A stretch of DNA of 64,000 nucleotides, taken from the human T2T-CHM13v2.0 reference genome, Homo sapiens. Where the stretch lies: NCBI RefSeq assembly GCF_009914755.1, contig NC_060947.1, one strand, 5' to 3'. The translations under genes and the position numbers were made by a program. How positions within the stretch are numbered: position 1 is the first letter of the stretch; every line of letters starts with the position of its first letter. Shown here piece by piece: positions 1 to 13,545 of this stretch. The notes beneath the pieces were generated by a model, which worked only from the letters and a program-made list of their open reading frames with translations, did not search any database and was not told where the DNA came from.

Positions 1-383
1 ACAAGAACAGATTGTTAAATTTTCAGAAACTTTGTAAGCTGTTTTTAAATAGTTATTAAAAATTAAATTATTTCAACTTACAATTAAACAAATTACATTA
101 GAAACAAAGTAATAATGAAAACAAAGTAATTTCCTATTTATTTTACTTCATTTACAGGAGAATCTATGCTCCTGAGGTTATTTATATCTATTGTATTACA
201 TATGTTGTAGAAATATTACATATGTTGTTAACTTGAAATTGGCCATAGCGGGAGTATATATACAATATAAGTTGGCAAATGCTATAAATCAGTGCTAGAT
301 TTACTGTTCTGTCGACAGTTTAGAATTAAAGAAGTGATGAGGAAAATATTAATAATGCATATTAAACTTAAAAGTGTGTCATG
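1..383 (+). mobile_element. MER63-type hAT-Blackjack DNA transposon, piece 1 (left end outside window)
   Basis: GATTGTTAAATTTTCAG...TTGGCAAATGCTATAAATCAG...ATTAAACTTAAAAGTGTGTC matches the recalled MER63 consensus; continues colinearly at ~6822 and ~14376. Confidence 0.75.
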
Positions 384-1770
384 GAGGGGATTTATACTTC
401 TGGCTAAAATAGAGTAACAGGGACTAAATTTAATCTCCTACTTGAAACAACCAAAAAATAAAATAAAACATATTATATGGTGATTTTCAGGACACAGGGC
501 ACTAGCCAATGAAAAGCAGTGGTCTCTGAGTGATGGGAAACAAGGTAGAAGGGTTCTATAATTTTCTAAGCTTGCTACCTTGAGAGAGTTTCCAGGTCAT
601 GGTTCAGGGAGAGGGAACTGAAGCAGAGCCTGGTGGACTTCTGGTGAAGGTAGCTAGAGATCACAGGAGAGGGTAATGGATAAGAGATAGTTGTACAGAG
701 AAAGTACCCCAAATATCTGCACAGGGTCTTCCATAGGTATTAAGGAGAACATTAATCTGTTCCCCCATAAAAGCAATGAGAACACTAGGAAAAAAAAAAT
801 GACTTTTCAGAACTCTGGAAATTAACCAAACACTTGCAACAATCTAAGAAGCATTTATTCAAGAAAAACAGTTAAATCTTTATTGGAACAGATAGCACTG
901 TGGCATTTTTACTTGCTGTAGTCTGATAATCCACTCTCCTGCTTGATGGTAGCTTTGAAAACGTGCAACTTCAGAAATACAGCAACTGGAAAATTCAGCA
1001 GGCTAGTAACCACTGGAGAAGACAGAATGGGTTTGGAGCTCCCCAAAGACCCATCACCAGAGAGCTGTGACTATATGAGCTGTCTGGAAAATCCCGGGAA
1101 AAGCTTGTCTTTATTTTGACCTTACTCCAGGGCTTTGTCAGTGAGGAAAACCCTATCCGTAGACTGTCTGTACCCACAAAAATTGTTTTTAAAATAATTT
1201 ACAAAATCCATGGCAATTGTTTAACACTATAGTTCCCTGAGGAAATAATACTAGTTGGAGCAAAATAGAGGATGACAAAAAACTTAAAAGGAAAATATCG
1301 GGAATGAGATGTTTACAGGGAGCTTTAAAGAGCTCTGAAATTTTCCTGGGATTCTGAAGGGTGGGGGACAAATGTATGGCTGTGTCTATGCCCAGAAAGC
1401 ACCTGAGAAGGCCCTAATCACTCATGTAAGAGTGACCTTGATGCTCTGCACAAACAAGAAATGAAGATTAAGGCAGAATTATTAACTGCTTGCCAGGGAA
1501 TTGAGGGTTGCTCCACGTCAGCAAAAGGTGGGAGAATTATTAGTTCAAGGCATTTAAATAAATCTCTGTCCAATCACTGGCGACTAAGATAATTGAGCAG
1601 AGACTTGAGTGACTGTATACAATAAAGAACACAAACTTTTTAAAATTAGTCCGGGAAATTCACTAAATAGAAAAAAAAAAAACAGCAGCAACAACAAAAT
1701 AACAAACAGCAATAGCAATAAACCCTGGAAGGAGGACTAATATGATTTCCATAGGTGCCATATTATATAA
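384..1770 (+). mobile_element. Old LINE-1 (L1M/L1ME/L1MC-type) 5'UTR region, possibly two elements
   Basis: Start ACTTCTGGCTAAAATAGAGTAACAGGGAC and TTTTCAGAACTCTGGAAATTAACCAAA resemble L1M 5'-end consensus; 1500-1760 is homologous to the minus-strand L1 5' region at 61.5-62.4 kb. Confidence 0.65.
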
Positions 1771-1940
1771 TTATTATTATATATTATTACTTTAAGTTCT
1801 AGGGTACATGTGCACAACGTGCAGGTCTGTTACACAGGTATACATGTGCCATGTTGGTTTGCTGCACCCATCAACTCGTCATTTACATTAAGTATTTCTC
1901 CTAATGCTATCCCTCCCCCAGCCCCACACCCCCCGACAGA
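1771..1940 (-). mobile_element. L1PA (about PA5-7) 3'-end fragment
   Basis: TACTTTAAGTTCTAGGGTACATGTGCACAACGTGCAGG...CTATCCCTCCCCCAGCCCC; no TSD visible. Confidence 0.92.
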
Positions 1941-1959
1941 CTAAAAAGATCATGTTACA

Positions 1960-2298
<339 letters not shown>

Positions 2299-2303
2299 TT
2301 ACA

Positions 2304-2484
2304 TGATGAAGTAGAATTTATCCCTAAGAAAGGAGAATACAACATATACATATGAAAATTAATCAATGTCGTATACTATATTAACAGAATAAAAAAGCTG
2401 CATGATCATCTCAATAGATACAGAAAAATTTTTTTATGAAATTCACCATCTATTCATGATAAAACTCAACAAAATGAATATGGA
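2304..2484 (+). mobile_element. Old L1 ORF2 fragment (host of the flanking Alus)
   Basis: AATCAATGT...ATGATCATCTCAATAGATACAGAAAAA...ATGATAAAACTCAAC = degenerate RT region of ORF2. Confidence 0.8.
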
Positions 2485-2812
2485 GGCTGGGCATGATGAC
2501 TCACACCTATAGCCCCTGCACTTTGGGAGGCTGAGGTGGGAAGATTGCTTGAGCCCAGGAGTTCGAGCCTAGCTTGGGCAATGTGGCAAAACCTTGTCTC
2601 TGTAAAAAATAGAAAAATTACCCAGGTGTGGTGGTGTGCACTTGTAATTTCAGCTACTTGGAAGGCTAACATGGGAGAATCACTTCAGCCTAAGAGATCG
2701 AGGCTGCAGTGAGCCATGTTTGTGCCACTGAACTCCAGCCTGGAGTGCCACTCTCACTGACAGAGTGAGACCCTGTCTCTGAATAAATAAATAATAAAAT
2801 AAGTAAATAAAT
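2485..2812 (+). mobile_element. AluJ-like SINE
   Basis: GATTGCTTGAGCCCAGGAGTTCGAG and GAGGCTGCAGTGAGCCATG diagnostics; (TAAA)n tail. Confidence 0.9.
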
Positions 2813-2819
2813 ATAGAAA

Positions 2820-5254
2820 AAGCTTACCTTAACACAATAAAGACCGTATGTGAAAAACTCGAGGCTAACGTCATAATCAATGGGGAAAAACTGAAAACTT
2901 TTTCTATATGATCCAGAAGAAGGTAAGGATTCTCATGCTCACCACTGCTATTTAACGTAGTACTGAAAGTTCTACCCAGAGCAATTAGGCAAGAAAAAGA
3001 AATAAAAGGCATGAAAATTGGAAAGGAAGAAGTAAAATTATTTGTTTGCAGATAATATGATCATGTATGTAGAAAACCCTACAGAATTCACACACAAAAA
3101 ACTGTTAGCACTAATAAATAAGTCAGTAAAGTTGTAGAAAAATACATCATCATACAAAAATCAGTGGCATTTCTATACACCAACAATGACCTATCCAGAA
3201 GAAAAATTAAAAAAAAAAATCCCATTTACATTAGAGACAAGAACAAGCAAAAAGAAAATACTTAGGAATTAACTTAACCAAAGAGTTGTAAGACGTATGC
3301 ACTGAAAATCATAAAATATTGATGAAGAAATCTAGAAAAGACACAAATAAATGAGATGAGATCCCAAGTTTATGGACTAGAATAATTAATATTTTCAAAA
3401 TGTCCATACTACCCAAAGTGATCTACAGATTCAATGCAATTCCTATCAAAATCCCAAATGGCCTTTAAAAAATAGAAAAAAAAATCCTAATATTTGTATG
3501 GAACTACAAAAGACCTGAAACAGCCAAAGCAGTCTTGTGCAAAAGGATAAGCTGGAGGCATCATATTTCCTGACTCTAAGTTATATTATAGTAATTAAAA
3601 CATTACGGTACCAGCATAAAAGTAGACATACCGATCAATAGAATAGAACAGATAACCAAAAAATAAACGCACACATTTATGGTCAACTGATCTTCGGAGT
3701 GTCAAAAACGCAAAATGGAAAAAGGATAGACTCTTCAACAAATGGTATTGGGAAAACTGGATATCCAAATGCAAAAATTGAAATTAAATTCATATCTTAC
3801 ACTGTACACAAAACTTAAATAAAGATTTAAACATAAGACGTGAAACTACAAAACTGCTAGAAGAAAACATAGGGAAAAACCTTCTTAACATTGATCTTGT
3901 CTATAATTTTTAGGATGTAACTCCGAAAGCACAGACAACAAAAGCAAAAATAGACAAGAGTTATTACACCAACTAAAAAGCTTCTGCCTGGCAAAGGAAA
4001 AAATCAAGAAAACAAAAAGGCAACTCACAGAATGGGAAAAAGTATTGGCAAACTATGTATCAAATAAGTGGTTAGTATCCAACATATATAAGAAACTCAT
4101 AACAACTCAATACCAAAAATACAAATAACCCAATTAAAAAATGGGCAAAGAACCTAAATAGACGCTTCTCAAAAGAAGAAACGCAGATGGCCAACAGGCA
4201 TATGCAAAGGTGTTAAACATCTCTAATCATCAGAGAAATGCAAATGAAAACCCCAGTAAGATACCACCTCACACCTGTTAAGATGGCTATTACAAAAAAA
4301 AACAAAATATAAGTGTTGGTGAGGATGTAGAGAAAGGGGAATTTTTGTACACTCTTGTGGGAATGTAAATTAGTGCAGCCATTATGGAAAACATTATGAA
4401 AGTTCCTCAGAAAATTAAAAATAGAACTACCATAAGATCCACCAATCCCACTTTTGTGTATGTAGCCAAAGGAATTGAAAATAGCATCACAAAGAGTTAA
4501 TATTCACTCCTATGTTCATTGCAGCATTATTCACAATAGCCAAAATATGGAAATAACTTTAATGTGTGTGTGTATAATTAAATATTATTTAGTCTTAAAG
4601 AAGAAGAAAATCTTGCCACTTGTGACAACATGGATGGAACTGATGAACATCATTCTAGGTGAAATAAGCAAGACACAGAAATTGAAATACTACATGATCT
4701 CATTTAATATGTGGAATCTGAGATAGTCAAATTCAAGGAAGAAGAGAGTTGGATAGTTGGAGGAGGGAAGAATTGGGTAATGTTGGTCAAAGGGTACAAC
4801 ATTTCATCTTTGTAAACCAGTTTAGCAATTTCTTTTAAAAGTAAGCATACACGTACCGTATGAGCCAGTCTAAAAGTACCTAAGTAGTTATCCCAGAAAA
4901 GTTAATGTATATGTCCATACAAAAAAATTGTTGGTGAATTTTCATAGTGGCTTTATTTTTAATAGCCCCAATTTCAGTCTTACAAGATGAATAAGTTCTG
5001 GAGTTATAATATACAACATGGTGACAATAGTAAAAAATGCTATATTATATACTTGAAGTTTGCTATGAGGCTGGATCTTAAATTATATCTCAACAGACAT
5101 ACACAAATGGTAACTATGTAAAGGTTACCATTAATTAGTTAATTAGCTGGTAATAATTTCACAATGTATATTTATAACAAAACATCAAGTCATACGTTTT
5201 AAGTATATATAATTTTTATATGTCAATTATATCTTAATAAAGTTGTTTAAAAAA
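2820..5254 (+). mobile_element. L1MA (about MA8/9) 3' half: degenerate ORF2 and 3'UTR
   Basis: ORF2 homology (ORF 4475-4726 ...LPLVTTWMELMNIILGEISKTQK); L1MA 3'UTR ending TCAATTATATCTTAATAAAG; contains a templated insertion at 4805-4971. Confidence 0.85.
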
Positions 5255-6821
5255 GACCCGCAGCTAACATCATACTTCATTATGGAAGAATGAATACTTT
5301 CCACCTAAGATCAGAAACAAAGCAAAGATATCCACTCTTGCAACTTTTATTTAGTATTATACTGGATGTTTTGGCTAGTGCTAGAAGGAAATAATAAGAA
5401 ATGAAAGATGTACACATTGGACTTTTGATAAAGGTATAGCAATCAAGAAATGTGGTAGTAGCATCAAGAGAGACAAATAGATTAATGGAAAAAAAGAGTC
5501 CAGTAGTATGCCTACACATATATACAAAACTGATGTCTGAAAAAGGTAAAGGCAATTCGTGGATAAAGAAGGGTCTTTTTCAACAAAAGGTGCTGGAACA
5601 ATTGGATTTCCATGTGAAAATAAGGACCTTTGAGCCATACTTTACACCATATGCAAAACTTAATTCAAAATGGATCACAGACCTATGTGTAAGGCCTAAA
5701 ATCATAAATGACTAGAATAAGATATAATGAAAAATCTTTGTGACCACGAGCTAAGCAATGATTTCTTCGATATAACATCAAAAGTATAATCTATAATAGA
5801 TGAAAGGAAAGATTAATCACACTCCATCAAAATTAAAATTATCTGTTGTTCTAAAGACACTATTGAGAAAATGAAAACATGAGTTACAGACTGGGAAAAT
5901 ATATGCAAATCATAATCTGATAAAGGACTCATTCAGAACATATAAAGACTCTTAAAACACCCCAAAATTGAAACAAATAATCTGGTTTTTAAGTTGGGCA
6001 AAATATTTGAAAAGATACTTCACCAAAAAGGATATATAAATGGAAAACAGGCATATGAGAAGTTGCTCAGCATCACTAGTTTTTAGGTAAATACAAATTA
6101 AATCCACAATGTGACACCATTATGCATCTATTAAGTTAAACCTAAAATTAAAATGACTGACCATACCAAGCGTGGGTGAGAATGTGAAGGAGCTAGAACT
6201 CTCATATACTGCTAGAGGGAATGAAAAAATGGTACATCTTTGTAAACCAGCTTAGCAATTTCTTTTAAAAGTAAGCATACATGTACCGTATGATCCAGTC
6301 TAAAAATAACTAAGTAGTTATCCCAGAAAAGTTAATGTATATGTCCATACAAAAAAATTGTACGTGAATTTTCATAGTGGCTTTATTTTTAATAGCCCCA
6401 AACTGGAAACAATCCAGTTGTTCTTCAACAGGTAAATGGATAAGTAAATTGAGGTGTATTCATATAATGGAATACTATTCAGCAGTAAAATGGAATAAAT
6501 TGTCAATGCATGCTACAATATTGATAAATTTCAAAATAAGTATGGTGAGTGAATGAAGCAAGAGAAAAAGAGTATACACATTATTATTCCATTTATACAA
6601 TATTCTTGAAAATTAAAATGAATCTATAGTGAGAAAAAGATCAATGGTTGCCTGTGGATGATGGGGATGCAGAGGCATTACAAAAGGGACAGGAGGAAAC
6701 TTTTGAGTGTGATAGATATGTTCATTTGTGGTGATTTCAGGAGTTTAATGGGATATATGTCAAAACCCACCAAATTTTACACTTTATGTGCAGTTTCTTA
6801 TATGTTCTATACCTTATTAAA
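5255..6821 (+). mobile_element. Old L1ME-type ORF2 and 3'UTR (resumed host element, internally deleted)
   Basis: CAGCTAACATCATACTT ORF2 region; 3'UTR GGAAACTTTTGAGTGTGATAGATATGTTCATT...TATACCTTATTAAA. Confidence 0.8.
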
Positions 6822-7184
6822 ATTGTAAATTGCACAAAAATTGAGGAAATATTCTTTTAGTATTTGAATTCAGATTAATCAATGAATTCATTCATGTCAT
6901 TGATGGATGAATAAAATTTCAACATACATCATTGTTTTTTCATTTTAGTTTCACTCATTAACTTAAATAAAAATATCAACCAATGTTCATATCAAAACTT
7001 GACTCCTTCATCAATTACAAACATAGCCCAGCTAAGGATACAAGCTTCAGCAAAAGTCATTGAAAGCATTTTGTGAGATTCAATAGGCTATATGGAATTT
7101 ACAATAGAGTATTGTATATTTCATTATTATTTCTAAATTGTGTGCTACACATCATTTATATCAATAAAATCTGCAATATATCTA
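6822..7184 (+). mobile_element. MER63-type hAT transposon, piece 2
   Basis: GCACAAAAATTGAGGAAATATTC...GGCTATATGGAATTTACAATAGAGTATTGTATATTT...TGTGTGCTACACATC continues the MER63 consensus. Confidence 0.75.
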
Positions 7185-7255
7185 TGTATTAGTCAGAGAT
7201 ACACATCCCATTAGCCTGAAGACTGTGACTAATATATATATATATTATATATATG

Positions 7256-7289
<34 letters not shown>

Positions 7290-7885
7290 TCCTGTTGGTC
7301 TGGAGAACTCTAATACATAAATTTATATGTATATGTATATACAGAGAAGACTATCTATGTGTATGTATGTATATATCCGTATATGTATATATGAGAGAGA
7401 TTTATTATAAATAATTGGCTCATGGAATTATGGAAGCTGAGAAATCCCAAGATCTGCAGTCAGCAAGCTGGAGACCCAGGAGAGCTGATGGTGTAGTTCT
7501 AGTCTGATTCCAAAAGCCTGAGAACCAAGAGAGCTGATGATGCATGTTCCAGTTCAAAAACCAGCAGGCTTGAGACCCCTAAAAAGCTGATGTTTCAGTT
7601 CAAGTTCAAAGGCAAAAAAAAGACTGATGTCCCAGCTCAAGTGGTCAGGCAGGAGGAGTCCCCACTTGCTCATAAGAGAGTCAGCATTTTTATTCTAGTT
7701 AGGCCTTCAACTGATTGGATTGAGGTCCACACACATAACAGGGGCAATCTGCTTTACTCAGTTTACCAATTCAAAGGTCAAGCTCATCCAAAAATACCTG
7801 CACAGACACACCCAGAATAACATCTGACTAAATATCTTGGCACCCTATGGCCCAGTTAAGTTGAGACATAAAATTAAGCATCACA
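7185..7885 (-). mobile_element. MLT2 (about MLT2D) 3' LTR of ERV-L provirus
   Basis: Termini TGTATTAGTCAG ... CATAAAATTAAGCATCACA; PPT-like minus-strand AAATGGTGGAC adjacent at ~7887-7897; internal (TA)n(CA)n. Confidence 0.88.
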
Positions 7886-8194
7886 TGTCCACCATTTGTC
7901 AATTTGGCACCTAAACACATCTCATTAAACCACACTTCATCCCCAAATAAAAACAATAACAAGGTCATAATTCAGCCTAACATGATGCAACTGTCCTGTG
8001 TACAACTGAAAATTCACTAACCCCTTTTCTAGAAGAGGAGGTAAAATCCTTGAGTGATGTTTACTCTTTGCCTTGATGTCTCACAACTTAATTACCACGA
8101 TGTAAAGTTAATACATTTTATATTTCATGATAAAGGAATAAAAAAGGAAATAATACAAAGATGGTTGCTTAATATATATAAACACAAACTTATT

Positions 8195-8581
8195 AGATAT
8201 GGTTTGGCTCTGTGTGCCAGCCCAAATCTCATGCCGAATTGTAATCCCCACATGTCAGGGGAGGGACCAGGTGGGAGGTGATTGGTTCATGGGGGCAAAT
8301 TTCTCCCATGATGTTCTCATGATAGTAAGTGAGTTATCACAAGATCTGATGGTTTTAAAGTGTGGTACTTCCCCCCTCGCTCTTGCTCTCTCTTTCCTGC
8401 TTCACCATGGTAAGACATGCTTGCTTCCTCTTCACCTTCTGCCATGATTGTAAGTTTCCTGAGGCCTTTCAGCCATGCTTCTGTACAGCCTGCGGAACTG
8501 TGAGTCAATTAAACCTCTTTTAGTCATAAATTACCCAGTCTCAGGTAGTCCTTTATGGCAGTGTGAGAATGGAATAATATA
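8195..8581 (+). mobile_element. THE1 (about THE1D) MaLR solo LTR inserted in ERV-L
   Basis: GATATGGTTTGGCTCTGTG...CCCAAATCTCAT...TGTGAGTCAATTAAACCTCTTT...GTGTGAGAATGGA; TSD TTATT/ATATT. Confidence 0.9.
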
Positions 8582-8882
8582 ATATTCGTTATAAAATAAG
8601 GAAGAAATACGCATGATAATTATAGTTCTAATTTCTGTAACTGGCCATGTGGTCACAGTTAGCATTTATAACTACCTTCTTCCACTACTCATTCTGTGTT
8701 CCCTTTGCCTTCACAAGCATCTCAGCTGGTCACGGTTGTTTATCTGGTGGGATAACTGAAACCTTTATTCCTGAAGGTTCTGGGCCATTAAGCATCCTGC
8801 CTGGATTGGGTTATAGTTTTTCACTGACCTTAATCACAGGGCATGGTAATATTAAGAGATCCTCTAAGGAATCTCCTGTGTT

Positions 8883-9130
8883 TCAGACATATTCTTCCTT
8901 ACCTTCATTATGGAGTAGTAGTTCAATTTTCCATTGGTATTCAGGCTCAATCACACCAGCCAACACCATGAGTCCCTTCTTTGCCTGCTGATTAAGATGC
9001 TTGAGGGGACCAAAGTGGCTGGGCAACAGTCTTAATTTCCAAGTCAATGGAGTTGTTGTTATGTCTTCTGGTAGAAGCATTCCTGCCTTTGGAACTAAGG
9101 CCTCTAGGTCAGCAAGGCATAAGGTCATGG
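8883..9130 (-). pseudogene. ERV-L dUTPase relic
   Basis: LEALVPKAGMLLPED...WKLRLLPSHFG...AKKGLMVLAGVIEPEYQWKIELLLHN, located 3' of integrase as in ERV-L. Confidence 0.85.
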
Positions 9131-9149
9131 GAGCAGGAAACAAAAATCT

Positions 9150-11530
9150 TGCTAGTGGGTTACTAGGGGTAATAATGAGCGATTCCACTCTCATTTGTAC
9201 CCCTAGATTTTTGGAACTGTGAATCTTGGCTATGGGAGCACAGCATCATATATTGGATGCTGATTCAGAGCATATAGACCCTTCTGGAGGAACCTGCCCT
9301 AACCTTAAAAGTATTGTTACCAAGTTGATTCTGTAACTGAGTCTTGAAAAGGCCATTCCACTGTTCTTTCAAGCCAGCTGCTTTAGGATAGTGAAGAATA
9401 TGGTAAGACCAGTGAATTCCATGACCATGGACTCACTGCTATACCTCTTTTGCTGTGAAGTGAGTTCCTTGATCAAAAATAATGCTGTGTGGAATAATAT
9501 GATGGTGGATAAAGCATTCTGTAAGTCCATGAATGATAGTTTTTGCAGGAGGTATTGGTCCCTGCTGCTATCAGATTGGGCACTCAGCAGTGACTGTAGC
9601 CAGGTACGCCTTGGTGAGTGGGAGTCCATGTTGCTGAGCCCATCGATTACCTCCATCACAGCCATCATGACCACTTTCTTCATAAACCCATTGGTGATGA
9701 TGGAAGTGGCTGAGTAAAGAGCCTGACTGCTATCTACAGAACAGATCATACTGTCCACTTGATTATTAAAATCTTCCTCTGTTGAGGTAACCCTTTGGTG
9801 AGCATTTACATGGGGAACAAAATCTTCACTTTTTTGCCCATTCAGAGAGGTCTATCCATATATTTCTTTCCCAAATTTCCCTGTCATAAATTTTCTAATC
9901 ATGTTCCTTTCAAGTCCCTGACCATCCAGCCAAACCATTGGCTATAGCTCATGAATTAGTATATAATCTCATGTCCAGCCATTTCTCCTTTCAAGCTAGT
10001 GAACAACTAGGTACACTACTCAACATTCTGCCCACTGAGAGGATTTTCCTTCACCACTCTCCTTAAGGGACATCCTAAAATGAACTGTAATGTGGCAGCT
10101 GTTTACTCTTGGGTGGTGCCTGTATATTGTGTCAAACTGTCTGTAAACCAGGCCTGAGTCTTCCCTTCTTGTGTCAACTGATAATAGAGAACTCCTCATA
10201 AGGCCATAGGTACAGGCTGGGAGACAGAAGACGGCGTAGCAGGAGAGGGAACCATGGATATTTGGGCCACTTCTTCATTTAACTTACATTTGTCCTCAGA
10301 ACCTGCTCAGGCCTTATCACGTATATATCACTTTTATTTGATGATGAAGTGACCCCCAACTTTATAGCTTGGTGTGTCAGAAAACACCAAGTTCATGATG
10401 TGCAGCTCAGGTTGCATGGTAACTTTCTGTCCCATGTTCAAGCATTCAGTCTCTACTAAGGCCCAGTAGCGGGCTAAGAGCTGTTTCTCAAAAGGGGATT
10501 AGTTAACCACAGAGGATGGCAAAATCCTAAGGGCCTGCGCTGTGATTCACTTCTAGGGGACTGCCAAAGGCACCAAACAACCTCCGTATCTGCTACTGAC
10601 ACTTGAAGCATCATTGGTTCGGCTGGGTGATGTAGCTCAAGCGACAGAGAAGCTTGCACAGCAGCCTGGATCTTATTCTGGGCCCCACTCAAAACTAGCA
10701 GGTTTACAGGTCACTTGGTAAATAAGATGGAGTAACACACTCAAATGAGAACTATGTTGTCTTCAAAATCTAAAGAGGTCCACTCAGCATTGTGCTTCTT
10801 TCATTGTAGGAAAGGCCAAATGTAGCAACTTATCCTTCACCTTGGAAAGGATATCTTGAAAGGCTTCACACCACTGGACTCCAAGAAATTTTACTGAGGT
10901 GGAAGGTCCTTGAACTTCTGTCAGATTTATTACCCACTCTCTGGCACACAAATGTCTTACCAATAAGCCTAGAATAGTTGCTACTTTTTGTTCACTGGGT
11001 CCAAGCAGCAGAATATCATCAATGTAATGAATTAGTGTGATAGCTCGTGGAAGGGAAAAGTGATCAAAATCCCTCTGAACTATATTATGACATAGGGGTG
11101 AACAGTTGATATACTCTGAAGTTGGACCAAGAAGTTGTATTGCTGGCCTTGCCAGATAAAAGCGAACTGCTTCTGGTGGGCCTTATGTACAGGGATGGAG
11201 AAAAAGACATATGCCAGACTAATACATTTATACTATGTATATATCAAGGGATGTGTTAATTTGCTTAAACAATGACACTATATCTAGTACAGCAGCTGCA
11301 AGAGGTTTACAGTAATACACTGTCATATGAAGATCCATCTGTCTTCTGCATAGGCCAAATGGGCAAGCTGAAAGAGGATATGGTGGGAATCACCATCACC
11401 ATTTTTCAAGTGCTTAATGGTGGCACTAATCTCTGCAATCTTGCCAGGAATGTGCTATTACTTTTGGTTTACTATTTTCTGAAGTAGAGGCAATTCTAGT
11501 GGTATTCACTTGGCCTTTTCCACCGTAATG
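9150..11530 (-). pseudogene. ERV-L pol relic (RT-RNaseH-integrase), with stops, frameshifts and deletions
   Basis: LIHYIDDIL at ~11010-11035; ORF 10474-10692 (AAVQASLSL...MLQVSVAD...RRPLGF) resembles the connection domain. Confidence 0.85.
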
Positions 11531-11532
11531 GC

Positions 11533-11820
11533 TCACACTCTATAGGTCTGGAAGCCACTGTGATAATTCTGCCAGCTGTTGAGTATATCTATTCCAATTA
11601 TGCATTCTGGAGCTGGAAAAATAAACACAAGATGGGTTTGAAGACACACTAGACCAACTGTGAGACAGATCTGAGCTAAAACTTCTTTGATCACCTGACC
11701 TCCATAACCCCCTACTGTGACTAGTGGACCACATTGATATTTTGGAATTATTTTCACTTCAGAGCCAGTGTCTTGTAGTCCCTCAAATATCTGATTATTT
11801 TCTTTCCCCCAAATGCACAA
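11533..11820 (-). pseudogene. ERV-L aspartic protease relic
   Basis: FEGLQDTGSEVKIIP...GGYGGQVI...PECIIGIDIL. Confidence 0.88.
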
Positions 11821-11829
11821 TTACCTTGG

Positions 11830-13545
11830 TAAAAGGTCATAGGCCCCATTGGGGAAGGCTGGGATAAAGATTAACAGAATAAATTTTTTCAGTGTATCAG
11901 GGTCCTTCCTCTAGGAGACCTGGTTTCCCCTTCATTCAAGGGGTTCTGGGTAGGTAAACTGGCTAAAGTCAGAAAATTGATTGACTATCTGTTTTTATGA
12001 TTCAGGTTAGACTTTGGCTCACTTTACCTAGAAATTTTCTGCTCATCCAGATTAAGTAAGAATTTAGTAGGCTTCCTAACTACTTCACTTTTAGGGACTC
12101 CGTGATTAAGTAGTTAATACCATAGGTCTGCACAAGTCAGATCATTCTGATGCTGCTTTGACTCTGTTGTCCCTTATGGTAACCATGCCCACCTTGTCTT
12201 TGGCAGTTGAGTGCTGCACTTGGCCCCTGCCACACCAGAATCTAGGTACTCCCATAGCATTTAGGTTTCCCAATTCAGTCACTGCAGTTTTCACTGTAAG
12301 GTCTGGCCTACAGAGAAGAGCAACCACAGAATTCTTCAAGAATGCTGAGACTCCCCTCACAAATTTATGTGAATGATATGTCTTCTGGACCTTTCAAGGA
12401 TAAATGAGAAGACCTTAAATGACAAATCCACTGAAACATCCCAATCTCTAAACTTTTGAATCTTTCCTCTACATTAAACTCTACATCAAACTAAGGTAGG
12501 TCTGGCATTTTCAATTTGCCACTGGAGGCCTTTTGGTCCTTCTTTCAGCTATTCACCCAAACAATTACAGTATTTTCTAACTCCATAAGCTGCAACATTA
12601 AATGCAGAATCTCTAGTTAGTGAGCCCATATCGACAAATTTGGCCTGATTCAACTTTATGTTCCAGGTACCATTATCCCAAATTCTTAATATCCATTCCC
12701 ACATATGTTCCCTGGATTTCTGTCTGTTGACAGAAAACTCAAATAGTTCTTCTGGAGTATAGTATACCTCCTCATGGTTTGTACCTCACTTTTAGGGGCC
12801 TGCTGGGGCTTGAATCTACTTATCAGTGTAGAAGCAAAAAGGAGTGGTGGGAGTAAGTTCTGAGAAGACTCAGCATTGTCCTGCACAGCAACTGCCTCAG
12901 GGGAGGCCGTTACACTTTTCCCAGGCAATGCAGGGTTAATCCTCTCAGACAAGGGTAGAGAAGTCGCTACCACTGGGGGTACAGAGGCCTACTTAACTGG
13001 CAAAGAAGTGTCATAATTTAGGAGCTCTATGTCCCTAGCTTCGTTATGGGCTTCCCACATATCCCCACTCCAAAATTCAGGACCTCATCTCTTCCCAATA
13101 AATGCCTTCACTTTATCAGTAGACAATCTACAAAGCTGGAAGTTTAACTTTCATTGTAATTCAGCCAGTTTCAGGTTGAAACTCTGGATTTGATTTTCAG
13201 CAATCTCAGTCCTATGGATACAGGAGATAAAGGTCTCCTTCAGGGCACATATAGAAGCTTTCAGATCATTTATGTGGCACTTGACCTGGGAATTTGAATC
13301 CCTGAGCTCATTCTTTTCTTTCTCTATTGTATCTAGCAACATCAGGAGCAGCCAGACAATCTCATTACATTTGTTGGTTTGCAAAAAAATGTTTGGGTGT
13401 ATCATATACAAATCATCCAGATCTTTGTTTCTTATAAGTGGTTGATTAGGAGTATTCAATATGATATTTTGCTTTTATCTATTGCCAGATCACACCATGG
13501 ACCATCAGTGCTCTCTTTACTACTGAAAATAAAGTCATTAGTGTC
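11830..13545 (-). pseudogene. ERV-L gag relic
   Basis: ORFs 13151-13459 (WLLLMLLDTIEKEKNELRDSNSQ coiled-coil), 12686-12973 and 12142-12360 resemble ERV-L gag. Confidence 0.8.
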
